Counted from the first letter of the stretch, positions 28,688 to 38,947 are shown. The stretch is 64,000 nt of DNA from Candidatus Bathyarchaeia archaeon (GCA_038882955.1 JAVZNC010000004.1:32001-96000); one strand, 5' to 3'. Made by a program: numbers and translations. Notes: generated from the sequence alone by a model not told the origin.

Positions 28688-29971
28688 GTGACCAGTGAGA
28701 AACAGTTGAGCACAATAAAGAGAACATCCCTTGAGCTGTTCAGACTCAAAAAAACACTGATGACTCTAGCCAACAAAGAAGGACGCGGAACAGAACTCGT
28801 TTCGCTTTATATTCCACGTGGAAAGCAGATAAGCGAAGTCATGAACATGCTTAGGGACGAGTATGGAACAGCTTCAAACATCAAATCCACGACTACACGA
28901 AAAAATGTTCAAGACGCCATCGTGAAGGTTCAGCAGCGCCTAAAACTTTTCAAGGAAACACCAGAAACTGGACTCGTAATCTTTTGCGGAGCAATTCCGC
29001 AGAACGGTGCTGGAAGCGAGAGGATAGAAACGTACGTGATAATTCCTCCAGAACCAATAAACATTTACCTGTACCGCTGCGACTCGCGTTTTCACACTGA
29101 ACATCTGCAAGAGCTTTTGCGTGAAAAAGAGACTTACGGCATAATCCTAATAGACTCTTCAGACGCCACACTTGCAACACTTCGCGGGAGAAGACTCGAA
29201 ATAGTTAGGGAGATAAGTTCTGGTGTGCCTGGAAAAACTCGTGCTGGTGGGCAATCAGCTAGGCGATATGAAAGGCTTAGGGAGATGCGCCTTCAAGACT
29301 ATTTTAGGCGTGTGGGCGAACACGCGAACGAAACTTTTTTGCCCATAGGCGATTTGAAGGGACTTATAATCGCTGGTCCGGGTCCGACAAAATACGATTT
29401 TGAGAAGGGCGATTACCTGAATTATATGTTGAAGGAGAAGGTTTTGGACGTTGTGGACACGGCTTATGTTGGCGAGCAAGGCGTTAAGGAGGTTGTTGAC
29501 AAGGCTCCAGAAATAATGCGCAAAGTGCGCTATATTGAGGAAAGGCGTATTGTTCAGCAGTTCCTATACGAGGTTGGGCATGATACTGGATTGGCAACAT
29601 ATGGTGAAGAAGAAGTGCGAAAAGCCTTGGAAGCCGGCGCTGTTAGGACGCTGCTCCTTTCAGAAGGACTTGACATCGTGCGTGTTACGGTTAAGTGCAG
29701 CGCATGTGACTACCAGGAACAGCAAACCATTAAGGGTAGCGTGCTGACGAGCTTCGAGCAGAGTCTCTCTGGTAAGCCATGTCCAAAATGTAATGCGCCA
29801 TCTTTGATGATTGCTGAAACTCAGGAGTTAATAGAGAATTTTGCACAGTTGGCTGAATACACGAACACTGAGGTGGAGATAATTTCAAGCGAAACTGAGG
29901 AGGGGCATATGCTTAAAAACTCCTTCGGCGGAATCGCAGCCATCCTTAGGTTCAAACTTCAAAATCAGTAG
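28688..29971 (+). CDS. prf1: Peptide chain release factor aRF1
   Basis: TASNIKS, YRCDSRF, GGQSARR, FGGIAAILRF. Confidence 0.98.
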   Translation: MTSEKQLSTIKRTSLELFRLKKTLMTLANKEGRGTELVSLYIPRGKQISEVMNMLRDEYGTASNIKSTTTRKNVQDAIVKVQQRLKLFKETPETGLVIFCGAIPQNGAGSERIETYVIIPPEPINIYLYRCDSRFHTEHLQELLREKETYGIILIDSSDATLATLRGRRLEIVREISSGVPGKTRAGGQSARRYERLREMRLQDYFRRVGEHANETFLPIGDLKGLIIAGPGPTKYDFEKGDYLNYMLKEKVLDVVDTAYVGEQGVKEVVDKAPEIMRKVRYIEERRIVQQFLYEVGHDTGLATYGEEEVRKALEAGAVRTLLLSEGLDIVRVTVKCSACDYQEQQTIKGSVLTSFEQSLSGKPCPKCNAPSLMIAETQELIENFAQLAEYTNTEVEIISSETEEGHMLKNSFGGIAAILRFKLQNQ

Positions 29972-30047
29972 GCGTCAACATCGACTAAATGTAAAATTTG
30001 CGAAAAAGATTATTTTTATAAGAACCTAGCATTATTCGGGCGTCGAA

Positions 30048-31148
30048 ATGAAGATGCGTTCGCTTTACCTTGAATGGTACGTGAAAGTTCCAACCGTAAA
30101 GTTCGATTTCCGTTCGAGCGGTCTCGCCTACCTAAAACTTGACTTGACGTTGGGTGAAGTTGATTTAAGCGTCAACTACGCGCACGGCAATCCAGAGGCA
30201 ACAAAACTTTTGGCAGCAAGGTATGGTGTGAAGCCTGAAAACGTGTTCATTTCAAGCAACGGCGCATCTGGTCAAAACGTGCGCATAATAAGAGTATTAG
30301 CCGAAAAGACCCGCAAGAAGGAGGCTGTTGTTGAATATCCAACTTATGAGCCGCTATTGCGGCAAGTTCAAGAATATTTTCCCCGCGTAAAGAGGCTGGA
30401 GCGAAAAGCAGAAGAGGGCTATAGGCTTGGCGCCGACTCTCTGCGGAAAATTGTTTCAGAAAAAACCGGACTGCTTGTTGTCACGAATCCTCATGCGCCA
30501 AGCGGGGTAGCAACCACAAAAAGCGATTTAACCGAAATCATGGCAGTCGCCAAAGAATATGGTTTTTACGTGTTGTGTGATGAGATATACGCGGAATTCG
30601 AGAGAGCAAGCATACCGACAGCCTTCTCGGCTGACAAGGAGCTTGGAATAACAACCACAAGCTTTACCAAGGCTTATGGTTTGGGCGGTTTAAGGCTTGG
30701 CGTGGCTTTGGCTTCAGAAAAACTTGTGGAAGAGCTTTATGCTGATACGCTGAACACCATTGGAAACAGCTCAAACATAGTTCAGCTTATAGCTTCAAAG
30801 TTGTTAAGAGAGGACGTGCAGAAACTTGAAAGGCACAAGCATAAATGGGATACGCTTAAAAAGGAAACTGAAGAATGGCTTAACTCGAAGGAACTGGAAT
30901 ATTTCCAAAACAAGTTTGGCGTAACTTACTGGGTTAAAATGCCAATAAACGACACTTACAAGTGGATTAATGAAAGGGCAATACCAAAATACGGCGTAGC
31001 TCCAGTGCCGGGCACTTTCTTCCGTTTCAAAAGCGGTTACAAGCTTGCTAAATCAAGCATGATTAGGCTTGGACTCGGCAACATAAACCCAGAAAATCCA
31101 AACTTGCAATCGGCGCTTGAAGCCTTATGGAAAGCAATTAATGGATAG
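30048..31148 (+). CDS. PLP-dependent aminotransferase class I/II
   Basis: PTYEP, TNPHAPSG, DEIY, SFTKAYGLGGLRLG. Confidence 0.9.
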   Translation: MKMRSLYLEWYVKVPTVKFDFRSSGLAYLKLDLTLGEVDLSVNYAHGNPEATKLLAARYGVKPENVFISSNGASGQNVRIIRVLAEKTRKKEAVVEYPTYEPLLRQVQEYFPRVKRLERKAEEGYRLGADSLRKIVSEKTGLLVVTNPHAPSGVATTKSDLTEIMAVAKEYGFYVLCDEIYAEFERASIPTAFSADKELGITTTSFTKAYGLGGLRLGVALASEKLVEELYADTLNTIGNSSNIVQLIASKLLREDVQKLERHKHKWDTLKKETEEWLNSKELEYFQNKFGVTYWVKMPINDTYKWINERAIPKYGVAPVPGTFFRFKSGYKLAKSSMIRLGLGNINPENPNLQSALEALWKAING

Positions 31149-31149
31149 A

Positions 31150-32790
31150 TTAACGAGTTTTCTTTATGTTATACATTTTCAGCAGTTCCTTCAATGCCCA
31201 GCTGAACTTTTTCTGCAAGGTTTTTGGATAAAGCTTCGCTGGGTTAAATTTCACTTTTGCAGCCCACTGCGCGTAAACTCGCGGGTCAATGTAGGACTTA
31301 AGTGAAGTTCCCAGATTCCACTCTTTGGTTTCCTTCATCAAGGCGATGTCAAATTTTACTTTTTCAATTCTCGCCGTAATGGCATCTGCACTCTTCCCTT
31401 TTTTAACTCTTTCTTTCAGTTGGAGCTGCAACTCTTTTAGCCTAGCCTCCTTTTTTGCCAAGCGTTCTTCAAAGTTTGCTGGGACTTTCTTCTTGTGGTT
31501 TGCTATTTTTGCTCCTTCAAGATTAGCCATTTTCGCGTGGAACTGCTTCACGCATTCTGGGTCCTTTTCGCTGACATCGCATTTTTCTAGGTATTCCCTA
31601 ACAGCTTTTGTTGTTCTCCATGTCCTAAAAACTTTGGCTGTTAAGCCCTTCATTTTTTCTGAAAGGAACCGCGAAACCTTCTTCGAGTTTATTCCCTCAA
31701 ACAAATACTCTTTGCACGTTTTGGCATAATGCTCAATGTTTCTTATTACAGATTGTGGCGCCTTTATGGATTTCTCCCACCTAACCGCGTCTTTTCCCAA
31801 AAAGTCAAAATACAACGTATCGCCGTCTATTTTGATGTGTTCTGGACGCAATGTTATTGCGCCCACGGTGTCTGCTTCTCCAGAGTCTTTTTCGTCGCCG
31901 ACACGCATGTTCAGCGCATGGATTAGCCAGCTTACCGTTGCCACTTTGCGTCTTTTTTCATCCTTTGCATCGAGGTTCTTCATTATGTGTTCTTCAATTT
32001 TCGGGATTAAATCTCCAAGCTTCTCGGCTTTCCTATACTTTTCGTACTCCCTTCTCTGTTTTAGGAATGCTGAATCAGAAAACCACACGTACTTCATTTT
32101 GCCAGTCAGCTTGTCCTGCCACTTCGCAATGTAAAGTTTATCCGGCTCCCAAACGATGTCTTTCCAGTTTCCAGGTGGTCTAGGTGCGTCTGGCGAAAGA
32201 TTTAGTATAATATCTTTTTGGCTTGGTCCCTCTTTCCATTTGCCTCTTTTTGGGTGATCTCCCCTTCCAACGAATATGCATGATGGTTCGGCTGTCCAGT
32301 TTGCTATTTCTATTCGCCGCCCGTTAACGATGGCGTAACCAAACTGTTTCTTTAGCTCCTCTCTTTGAGCTTTTCTTTGTTTTGCAAGCCTCTTCTTCTC
32401 ATCCTTCGTCAAATTCTGTTTTTTTAGCTTCTCTTGTTCTAGATATGCAATAATTTCTGAAAAGTCGATTTCGGCTTGAACGGTTATTTGTGGGTCAAAA
32501 TCGTTTTCCTCTATGCTCTTCAAATGTTCAGCGAGGAAAGTTTCCAAAAAGTCCAGTTGCGGGTTTTCTTTTTTGAGTTGTTGCAGAAAATCTTGGATGA
32601 AGTTCTTGTAGAAAACTTTGTCTGGCGGCGATGCGGACTGCACTTTTTTGATTAGGGCTATTGCCATCTGCTCGGTTTCTGGACCGAGTTTTATGGTTTT
32701 TCCTCTTATTTTTATTTGGAATCCTTTGTGTTCGAATTGCGGAACGTAAACGCCATTATGCCATAAGCTTTTTAGTTCGTGTTTAGCCGT
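31150..32790 (-). CDS. DNA topoisomerase IB (eukaryote-like); 5' end extends to a probable ACG start at 32790
   Basis: GRGDHPKRGKWK, RVGDEKD, DTVG, FDFLGKD, KVFRT, ANH, GTSLKSYIDPR (catalytic Tyr); conserved LxHNG block lies upstream of the ORF-track start 32667. Confidence 0.93.
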   Translation of the reverse strand, partial: TAKHELKSLWHNGVYVPQFEHKGFQIKIRGKTIKLGPETEQMAIALIKKVQSASPPDKVFYKNFIQDFLQQLKKENPQLDFLETFLAEHLKSIEENDFDPQITVQAEIDFSEIIAYLEQEKLKKQNLTKDEKKRLAKQRKAQREELKKQFGYAIVNGRRIEIANWTAEPSCIFVGRGDHPKRGKWKEGPSQKDIILNLSPDAPRPPGNWKDIVWEPDKLYIAKWQDKLTGKMKYVWFSDSAFLKQRREYEKYRKAEKLGDLIPKIEEHIMKNLDAKDEKRRKVATVSWLIHALNMRVGDEKDSGEADTVGAITLRPEHIKIDGDTLYFDFLGKDAVRWEKSIKAPQSVIRNIEHYAKTCKEYLFEGINSKKVSRFLSEKMKGLTAKVFRTWRTTKAVREYLEKCDVSEKDPECVKQFHAKMANLEGAKIANHKKKVPANFEERLAKKEARLKELQLQLKERVKKGKSADAITARIEKVKFDIALMKETKEWNLGTSLKSYIDPRVYAQWAAKVKFNPAKLYPKTLQKKFSWALKELLKMYNIKKTR

Positions 32791-32844
32791 GGTTCATCCC
32801 ATTGGAACTTTTCTTTTTCATTCATTTTGGATGCTTAAAAACCT

Positions 32845-33240
32845 TCACCACAAATTCTGCTTATTCCTATTTTGTTTCAGCCTCTTGTAAAGTTGCTCCA
32901 CCTTTTCGCGGCTGACATAGCCCTTATGCGGTCTAAAACCGCCAGAAAAGCCATGCGGAATATGCAATAACTCATGAATCAACGTTTTCTCTTTCTCCTC
33001 CTCTGACAGCCTATCATAACGTTCAGAAATAACCTCGATTATGTATGTTGGTGGAAGGTTAAGCGTTTCTTGCCAAATCTTGCCCAAACCATGAATTCGC
33101 GCAATTGTGCGCGTTGATTTTGAGCCTTTGCTTCTAACGCAGAACACGAACTGCGGCGTTATGTGAAATAGGTTTAGGATTGAGGCGATTTCTTCAACGC
33201 GCTTTTTCACGTCTGATGCTTCAAAATACTTTATTGGCAT
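32845..33240 (-). CDS. Putative metallopeptidase
   Basis: YIIEVISE.Y..L...EK..TLIHELLHIP (HExxH). Confidence 0.8.
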   Translation of the reverse strand: MPIKYFEASDVKKRVEEIASILNLFHITPQFVFCVRSKGSKSTRTIARIHGLGKIWQETLNLPPTYIIEVISERYDRLSEEEKEKTLIHELLHIPHGFSGGFRPHKGYVSREKVEQLYKRLKQNRNKQNLW

Positions 33241-33271
33241 AGGCTTCCGCTGTTAAGATTTTACGCGCTTG

Positions 33272-34870
33272 TTAAATTAACTTTTGCCGCCTCAAAATCC
33301 TCTTTTTGGTTAGGAAATACACGATTACAGTGCTTGTCACCAGCGTTGTTATAATTGCGAGCGGCGTTAACTCTGGGATAAGGTTTGGAGATTCTCTGAT
33401 TGTCACTAAAAGAGCCACCTTTATGTGGTCTTCAAGGTCTTTAAGCTCAACCCAGTTTGGCGTAGTTGAATTGTCGTATGCTGTGTGAATCCAGCCAGCC
33501 TCACCCATAGTCCATAAATCGCTGTAGAAAAGCGGATAAGAGCAAAGCATAACACTTGACGGTACTGGCGTGGCATCAGAAATGCCCAAATTAACGCCCC
33601 AATAAGATGAAATGGCATTTTTAATACTGTTTGGTGTTCGGAATGATTCTTGGTCTGAACCGCCAGGTTCTTCTACATTAATACTTATGCCCAAGTCTTG
33701 AGACGCATTGATTATTCTCTGTGCTAAGTCGCTGTAGGGCGTATTCGTGACATATAGGTAGTCGCTTCCGATACAGTCTAGGTTGATTACGGCTGTTATG
33801 TTTGCCATTTCGCTTTTGTGTTGCGCCACGTAGTTTGCTGAGCCGACAAGGTATAATTCTTCTGCCGTGAAGGCTACGAAAAGAAGTGTGCGGTTTGGCT
33901 GGTAAAGACCGCTGTTAATGGCGTCGGTGATTACTTTTGCTATTTCGATTATCCCAGCCGTTCCAGCCCCGTTGTCGCAGAAACCAGCACACATAACAGT
34001 GTCGTAATGACTCGAAATTATCACAATATCTTCTGGATTTGCATATCCGCCTATTTTTCCAACAACATTGTAATGTGTTCCATCGCCTATAACAGCCCTA
34101 ATGGTAACGTTAGCAGAAAGCGCCGCATTGGTTCCTTCTTTCTCTCTGATTAGCAAGCCGTCCCAATAGTTCACAAAGCCGGCTGGAACATGGTAATCCC
34201 AGAAATATGAACCGTAGCTGCTTAACGGACGTCCACCCGCAGAATAATGCAGTGGCGGAGTGAAGTTTTTTCGATCCTCCCACCATGTGAAAACAACGGC
34301 TGCCGGCGTTTGATAACGCACTTTAGCCACCAACTTGTTTTCTTGCACTTCTCTGCCGATTAAAACAATCTTCCCAGTAGTGTCAATCGAGCTCCAGTCA
34401 TCATCCAGTGGCAAAACCACAAGGTCTGTGAAAACCCCGTCATCTGGTGTTGGCCAACTGTAATGTTCGCATTGGAAAGAGTCTATCACAGTCTGATCGC
34501 TGGTTGTACTTTGGTTTCCGTCCTCGTCGATAATTAGAGAAGGTTTTTCGCTTAGTGTCCAATTTTTGAAAGTGAAAGGCTCAAGCCAAGCATCCAAACT
34601 AAAACTCTCAAACTGCGCCTTAATCCAGTTCGCAGCTTCAAGTGCGCCTATAGAACCGGCAGAACGAAAATCTGGATGGGCGAGAGCGATGTTTTCCAAC
34701 TGCAAGTCGTAGCCATAAGCCCTAGTTCCATTAGCAAGCCCAACAATCTGCTCTTCAAGCGAACTCAAACCCGTACTCGTAGAACCATAAACAATGCTCA
34801 TGCGAAATGGAAGCAAAGGCGAAGCCAAAACCGAAAACCCCAACAGCAACACAAAAAATTGTTTCTTCAT
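33272..34870 (-). CDS. Secreted M28 family peptidase with PEF-CTERM-like anchor
   Basis: Signal peptide; SSHYDTV, DNGAG, AEE, NLDCIG, SDQ, HT.YD; C-terminal IPEL + TM + KKR. Confidence 0.88.
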   Translation of the reverse strand: MKKQFFVLLLGFSVLASPLLPFRMSIVYGSTSTGLSSLEEQIVGLANGTRAYGYDLQLENIALAHPDFRSAGSIGALEAANWIKAQFESFSLDAWLEPFTFKNWTLSEKPSLIIDEDGNQSTTSDQTVIDSFQCEHYSWPTPDDGVFTDLVVLPLDDDWSSIDTTGKIVLIGREVQENKLVAKVRYQTPAAVVFTWWEDRKNFTPPLHYSAGGRPLSSYGSYFWDYHVPAGFVNYWDGLLIREKEGTNAALSANVTIRAVIGDGTHYNVVGKIGGYANPEDIVIISSHYDTVMCAGFCDNGAGTAGIIEIAKVITDAINSGLYQPNRTLLFVAFTAEELYLVGSANYVAQHKSEMANITAVINLDCIGSDYLYVTNTPYSDLAQRIINASQDLGISINVEEPGGSDQESFRTPNSIKNAISSYWGVNLGISDATPVPSSVMLCSYPLFYSDLWTMGEAGWIHTAYDNSTTPNWVELKDLEDHIKVALLVTIRESPNLIPELTPLAIITTLVTSTVIVYFLTKKRILRRQKLI

Positions 34871-34924
34871 TGAAACTGCCTCACCCAATAATCCACAAAG
34901 TGAACTAATAAGCCTAACGAAAAG

Positions 34925-34999
34925 TGGACCGGGGGGGATTTGAACCCCCGACCTCCTGAGTGCAAGTCAGGCGTTCATACCAAACTGAACTACCGGCCC
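34925..34999 (-). tRNA. tRNA-Ala(TGC)
   Basis: GGGCCGG/CCGGTCC with G3:U70; anticodon arm CCTGA-CTTGCAC-TCAGG; T-loop TTCAAAT. Confidence 0.96.
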
Positions 35000-35104
35000 A
35001 GGACCATTCCAATATGAAAGAAAACAAGCCTTATCACATTTAGACGTTTCGGAACTCGATGAAAACTTAAGGATCTTTATGAATGGGGATTGTGGAAAAG
35101 TGTG

Positions 35105-36421
35105 TTATTGAAATGTTTCTCCGTAGTGTGTTGAGAGGATTATGGCGTCGAATATGTCTATTTCGCCTGTATTGTCAAGGTCTGCGTTTGGGTTCCAGTT
35201 TGGATCGCCTTGTTTGGCGCCGAAGGATGTGCTCAACAGTATAGCATCGTAAATATCCACTGTTCCATCACCGTTAACGTCGCCCGGAGCTCCAACATAA
35301 ACCAAGCCATAGTTTAGCGTATTATCTCCAATTTCTGTTTCGCCCGGAACTGGCTGGACGTAAGCCCATATTGTATAGTTGCCCTTGGCAAAGCCGGTTG
35401 TATCCCAGATGAAGGTTAGGGTTGCTGATACATCACTTCCTAATGTAATGGTCTGTGTTCCAATAATTGTTGCATTAGCATAAAGTTCAGCATTAATTGT
35501 TTCAGTGTAGCTACCTTGGTTTATTACTGTCACATTCAGGCTCATGTTAAGACCTTGAGCCAGCGCAGTTTTAGGTAATACTACTTCAACAATGCTTACG
35601 TCATGAGTGGTGGCGAAAGCATAGACATTGTGATTCCTTGAGCCAATGTAGAGAATGCCATCAGCAACGGCGGGAGAAACTGGACCTATTCCTCCGCCAG
35701 TTTTGTAATGCCATATCTGTTGTCCTGTTAGGGCATCCAATGCGTAAATAGTGCCATCCAGCGAGGCAACATACACCACATAATCACCAACAATAGGAGA
35801 GCATTCTACACCTGACTCTACAGAATTGCCGGTTGTAAAACTCCATACAAATTCAAGTGAAGGAGCACGCAATGCGTAAACCTTGCCGTCATCTGAGCCA
35901 AAATAGACCATGCCATAAGCAAAGGCAGGAGAAGAAAGTATCTGAAGACCTGCAGTGTAACCACACATTAATTCACCTGTTGTGGCATTCAGCGCCTCTA
36001 AATTGGCATTATACTCTCCCACATAGACTACACCATCAACAACAGCAGGAGAAGAAAGCACCAAAGAATATGTATTATAATACCATATTAGGTTACCTGT
36101 TGTGGCATTTAACGCGTAAACGGTACCATCTTGAGAACCAATATAAACTACACCATTCGAAACTGCCGGAGAGGAATCTACTGCACCACCAGTTGCGAAG
36201 ACCCATAAAGTATGGTTTGTTCTAGGTGCTGTTGAAGTGAAGTATCCCGTGTGAAATGGATCGTGATGAAACATAGGCCACCAATCAATTTCTCCAACCT
36301 GTACAGATTCACTCTGTTCAGCGGTCTCCATTTTTGCTTGTTGAATCTCAAATGAAAATGTTAACAAGCTTGTTAAAAATAGTGTTAGCATTATCCCAAA
36401 AATTATCCTTTTCACAAACAA
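35105..36421 (-). CDS. Secreted PQQ-like beta-propeller + CARDB + dockerin-like protein
   Basis: Signal peptide; WPMFHHD; repeated SSPAV..G.VY.GS.DG.VYAL.A.TG...W; HDVSI CARDB; two Ca-loops GDVNGDGTVDIYD and ADLDNTGEIDIFD. Confidence 0.88.
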   Translation of the reverse strand: MFVKRIIFGIMLTLFLTSLLTFSFEIQQAKMETAEQSESVQVGEIDWWPMFHHDPFHTGYFTSTAPRTNHTLWVFATGGAVDSSPAVSNGVVYIGSQDGTVYALNATTGNLIWYYNTYSLVLSSPAVVDGVVYVGEYNANLEALNATTGELMCGYTAGLQILSSPAFAYGMVYFGSDDGKVYALRAPSLEFVWSFTTGNSVESGVECSPIVGDYVVYVASLDGTIYALDALTGQQIWHYKTGGGIGPVSPAVADGILYIGSRNHNVYAFATTHDVSIVEVVLPKTALAQGLNMSLNVTVINQGSYTETINAELYANATIIGTQTITLGSDVSATLTFIWDTTGFAKGNYTIWAYVQPVPGETEIGDNTLNYGLVYVGAPGDVNGDGTVDIYDAILLSTSFGAKQGDPNWNPNADLDNTGEIDIFDAIILSTHYGETFQ

Positions 36422-36586
36422 TGCCTCCCAACGAGTTTCTCACATGGTTTACATTTAAAGTTTTCTGGAAATATGTTCTATTCATACTTACATAATGTAC
36501 ATAACACTTGGTGTAGTATCACAACTTGATAGTTGAGTTTATTTTGAGGTTTTATGTATTACTGTTTTCTCTTGGTTGGTGAACGT

Positions 36587-37903
36587 TTGAGGGGAAGCGT
36601 TGTGGAAGCATCCACGTCTGCCCGTTTGAGAGGCGTGTTTTTTAATTTGGGGCTTTTTCAGTTTCTAACTTTTGTTAGACGTGGCGTCTTTTACACTTTT
36701 ATGATAAATTACCTTTACATGTTGATGGGAACTGTTACGTCAACAGCGGCTCTTGGGACGCTTAACATGTTTGCTTCTGGTTTGGGGCAGAACTTGTTAT
36801 GGGGAAAGATAAGCGACCGTTATAAATTGAGGGCTAGACTTGTTATTGTCGGCGAAACCATAGCGGCGTTTGCCTACATCGCGGTCTTTCTGGCGCATAA
36901 GTCCTTTATCGACATTGGCGATAGTGTTGCTGCTGGCTTAACAATAATTTTCGGTTTATCCATCCTCGAATTCTTCTGGTCCATGTCCGACGTTGGATGG
37001 GCTGCGCTACTAACAGATGTGACAACGCCTGAAATTCGAGGAAAAGTTGTTGGAGTGTTAAACTTTATAGCTTCTTTGGGTAGGATGTTTGGTATCTTTT
37101 TTGCTGGATACCTATACTTTGAAGGTGAAGGCTTCAGGAACGGAACAATATTCTTCACGGTGACAACGTTGCTATTTGTAGGCGCGATAATAATGGCTTT
37201 GGTTTCAAGGCGAGAAAAGGCGCAAACGGCGACCAGCCCCATTGTCCAAAAGCATGAAAAAATTGAAGACGAGTTTTATGGTGAAAATGAGAGAACTTAC
37301 AAGTGGTTTCTAGCGTCCCTAATAATAATTGTTTTAGGCATGGCGTTGGTAAACCAGATATTCCTCCTTTTCCTAGAGCTTCCAGAAGGTTTAGGCGCAC
37401 AAAGCCAAGAAATGAGCATAATCCTTGCCGCTTGGACTGTTGGCGGGATGATTGCAAGCCTAACCTCTGGAAGCCTAGCAGACAAAGTTGGAAGAGAAAA
37501 AGCAATAGTTTTAGGGCTATTTTTAGCCATTTTAACGCCAATAACATACGGGTTTGCAAGAAGCGTGCCTTTAATGGCTTTTGTTTACGGCTTAAACGGT
37601 GTGGCATTCTGGACTGTTCAAACGGTTGGCTTTGCCCTCGCTGGAGACCTAATTCCAGAACATAGGAGAGGACGCCTGTTTGGGCGTTATAACACGGTTA
37701 TGGCGTTAAGCTGGGGACCAGCCGGACTTTTCGTCGGAGGGCCATTCGCAGATTTTCAAGTTAACGTTCTTGGAACGCCTAAAAACGTGGCTTACATTAA
37801 CGCTTTTTATCTATCTTCAATAATTGTTGCTTTGGGCACCGCGCTTTTTATCGCCAAAATAGTATTTAAATCCAAAACACGAAATATTAACAGCAAAAAC
37901 TAG
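36587..37903 (+). CDS. MFS transporter
   Basis: About 12 TM segments; WGKISDRY and GSLADKVGRE motif A. Confidence 0.9.
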   Translation: MRGSVVEASTSARLRGVFFNLGLFQFLTFVRRGVFYTFMINYLYMLMGTVTSTAALGTLNMFASGLGQNLLWGKISDRYKLRARLVIVGETIAAFAYIAVFLAHKSFIDIGDSVAAGLTIIFGLSILEFFWSMSDVGWAALLTDVTTPEIRGKVVGVLNFIASLGRMFGIFFAGYLYFEGEGFRNGTIFFTVTTLLFVGAIIMALVSRREKAQTATSPIVQKHEKIEDEFYGENERTYKWFLASLIIIVLGMALVNQIFLLFLELPEGLGAQSQEMSIILAAWTVGGMIASLTSGSLADKVGREKAIVLGLFLAILTPITYGFARSVPLMAFVYGLNGVAFWTVQTVGFALAGDLIPEHRRGRLFGRYNTVMALSWGPAGLFVGGPFADFQVNVLGTPKNVAYINAFYLSSIIVALGTALFIAKIVFKSKTRNINSKN

Positions 37904-37918
37904 AGGGGGTAGCCAATA

Positions 37919-38407
37919 TTGGAGTTCCGAACAGTCAAAATTGAGGTTCCAGAAGGATGCAATGTCATTTTGGGCATGGCACACTTCATAAAGACCGTTG
38001 AAGACTTGTACGAGGCTATGGTTAACGCTGTTCCAAACGTGAAGTTTGGGATAGGATTTTGCGAAAGCTCTGGTCCATGCCTTGTCCGGCATGAGGGAAA
38101 CGACAAGGAGCTTAGACAATTAGCCGCAAAAGAAGCCTACGAAATTGCTTGTGGACACAGTTTCATAATATTCATGAGAAACGCCTATCCAATAAACGTC
38201 CTAGACAAAATAAAAAAGGTGCCAGAAGTGTGCACAATCTACGCTGCGACGGCAAACCCTTTAGAAGTCATAATAGCGGAAACCGAACAGGGAAGAGGAA
38301 TAATAGGCGTAATAGACGGTTCGAAAAGTAAGGGGATAGAAGGCGAAAGTGACATAAGAGCGCGAAAGGAGTTTCTGCGGAAAATAGGCTACAAGCTTGG
38401 TTCATAA
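37919..38407 (+). CDS. Adenosine-specific kinase family (DUF355) protein
   Basis: [44 protein letters not shown]. Confidence 0.9.
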   Translation: MEFRTVKIEVPEGCNVILGMAHFIKTVEDLYEAMVNAVPNVKFGIGFCESSGPCLVRHEGNDKELRQLAAKEAYEIACGHSFIIFMRNAYPINVLDKIKKVPEVCTIYAATANPLEVIIAETEQGRGIIGVIDGSKSKGIEGESDIRARKEFLRKIGYKLGS

Positions 38408-38413
38408 AAGGCG

Positions 38414-38437
38414 TTGCAGGGTAAAGCTGCCCTGCGA
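38414..38437. terminator. GC-rich hairpin between convergent genes
   Basis: GCAGGGTA-AAGC-TGCCCTGC stem-loop. Confidence 0.35.
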
Positions 38438-38489
38438 GGTTTGGCGGTATTACGGTATTACGCGTCTCTATTCCGCTTTGAATTTACGT

Positions 38490-38708
38490 TTATCTACGCA
38501 CTATTAACTCGTGCTGAAACTCTATGGAAGGTTTTTCTCTCATTTTGACGGCTGCGTAGGCGACCAGCTTCTTAAACTGTCTTTCGCTTAGAATATTTCG
38601 TGCACGCGACAAAATTTCTAGGCAAACTTCTTTAAAAACGAGGTCTGCACAGCCCATTTTTGCATCGTCAATAAGTTCTTTGCAAGCTTGAAGGATTTGC
38701 TCGTTCAA
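38490..38708 (-). CDS. Small hypothetical protein
   Basis: TTG start after GGGTGA; MNEQILQACKELIDDAK... Confidence 0.7.
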   Translation of the reverse strand: MNEQILQACKELIDDAKMGCADLVFKEVCLEILSRARNILSERQFKKLVAYAAVKMREKPSIEFQHELIVRR

Positions 38709-38830
38709 GGCAACTTCACCCTGCAGCAAATACCTTAACTTATAAACATTAAAACACTTATGAATTAAAAAACAGAATCGCAAATCAAGATTTCACATCA
38801 AACAAATTCCTTTGTCTATGATTACAAAAG

Positions 38831-38947
38831 TCATTTTGTAAGTTTCATTGGTTTTCCACAACAAACAAGTGTTCCTTTTCCCGCTTCGATGACCTTAACT
38901 TTGTTGCCGCATATTTCACAAAGGTAAATTTCTCCAACTTTAGTCAT
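38831..38947 (-). CDS. Desulforedoxin (38 aa; absent from ORF track)
   Basis: SD GGAGGTGA; [38 protein letters not shown] (CxxCGN...CCG..M). Confidence 0.92.
   Translation of the reverse strand: MTKVGEIYLCEICGNKVKVIEAGKGTLVCCGKPMKLTK

Noticed and set aside
38447-38462. Short tandem duplication CGGTATTA x2
   Set aside because: Only two 8-bp copies; not informative.
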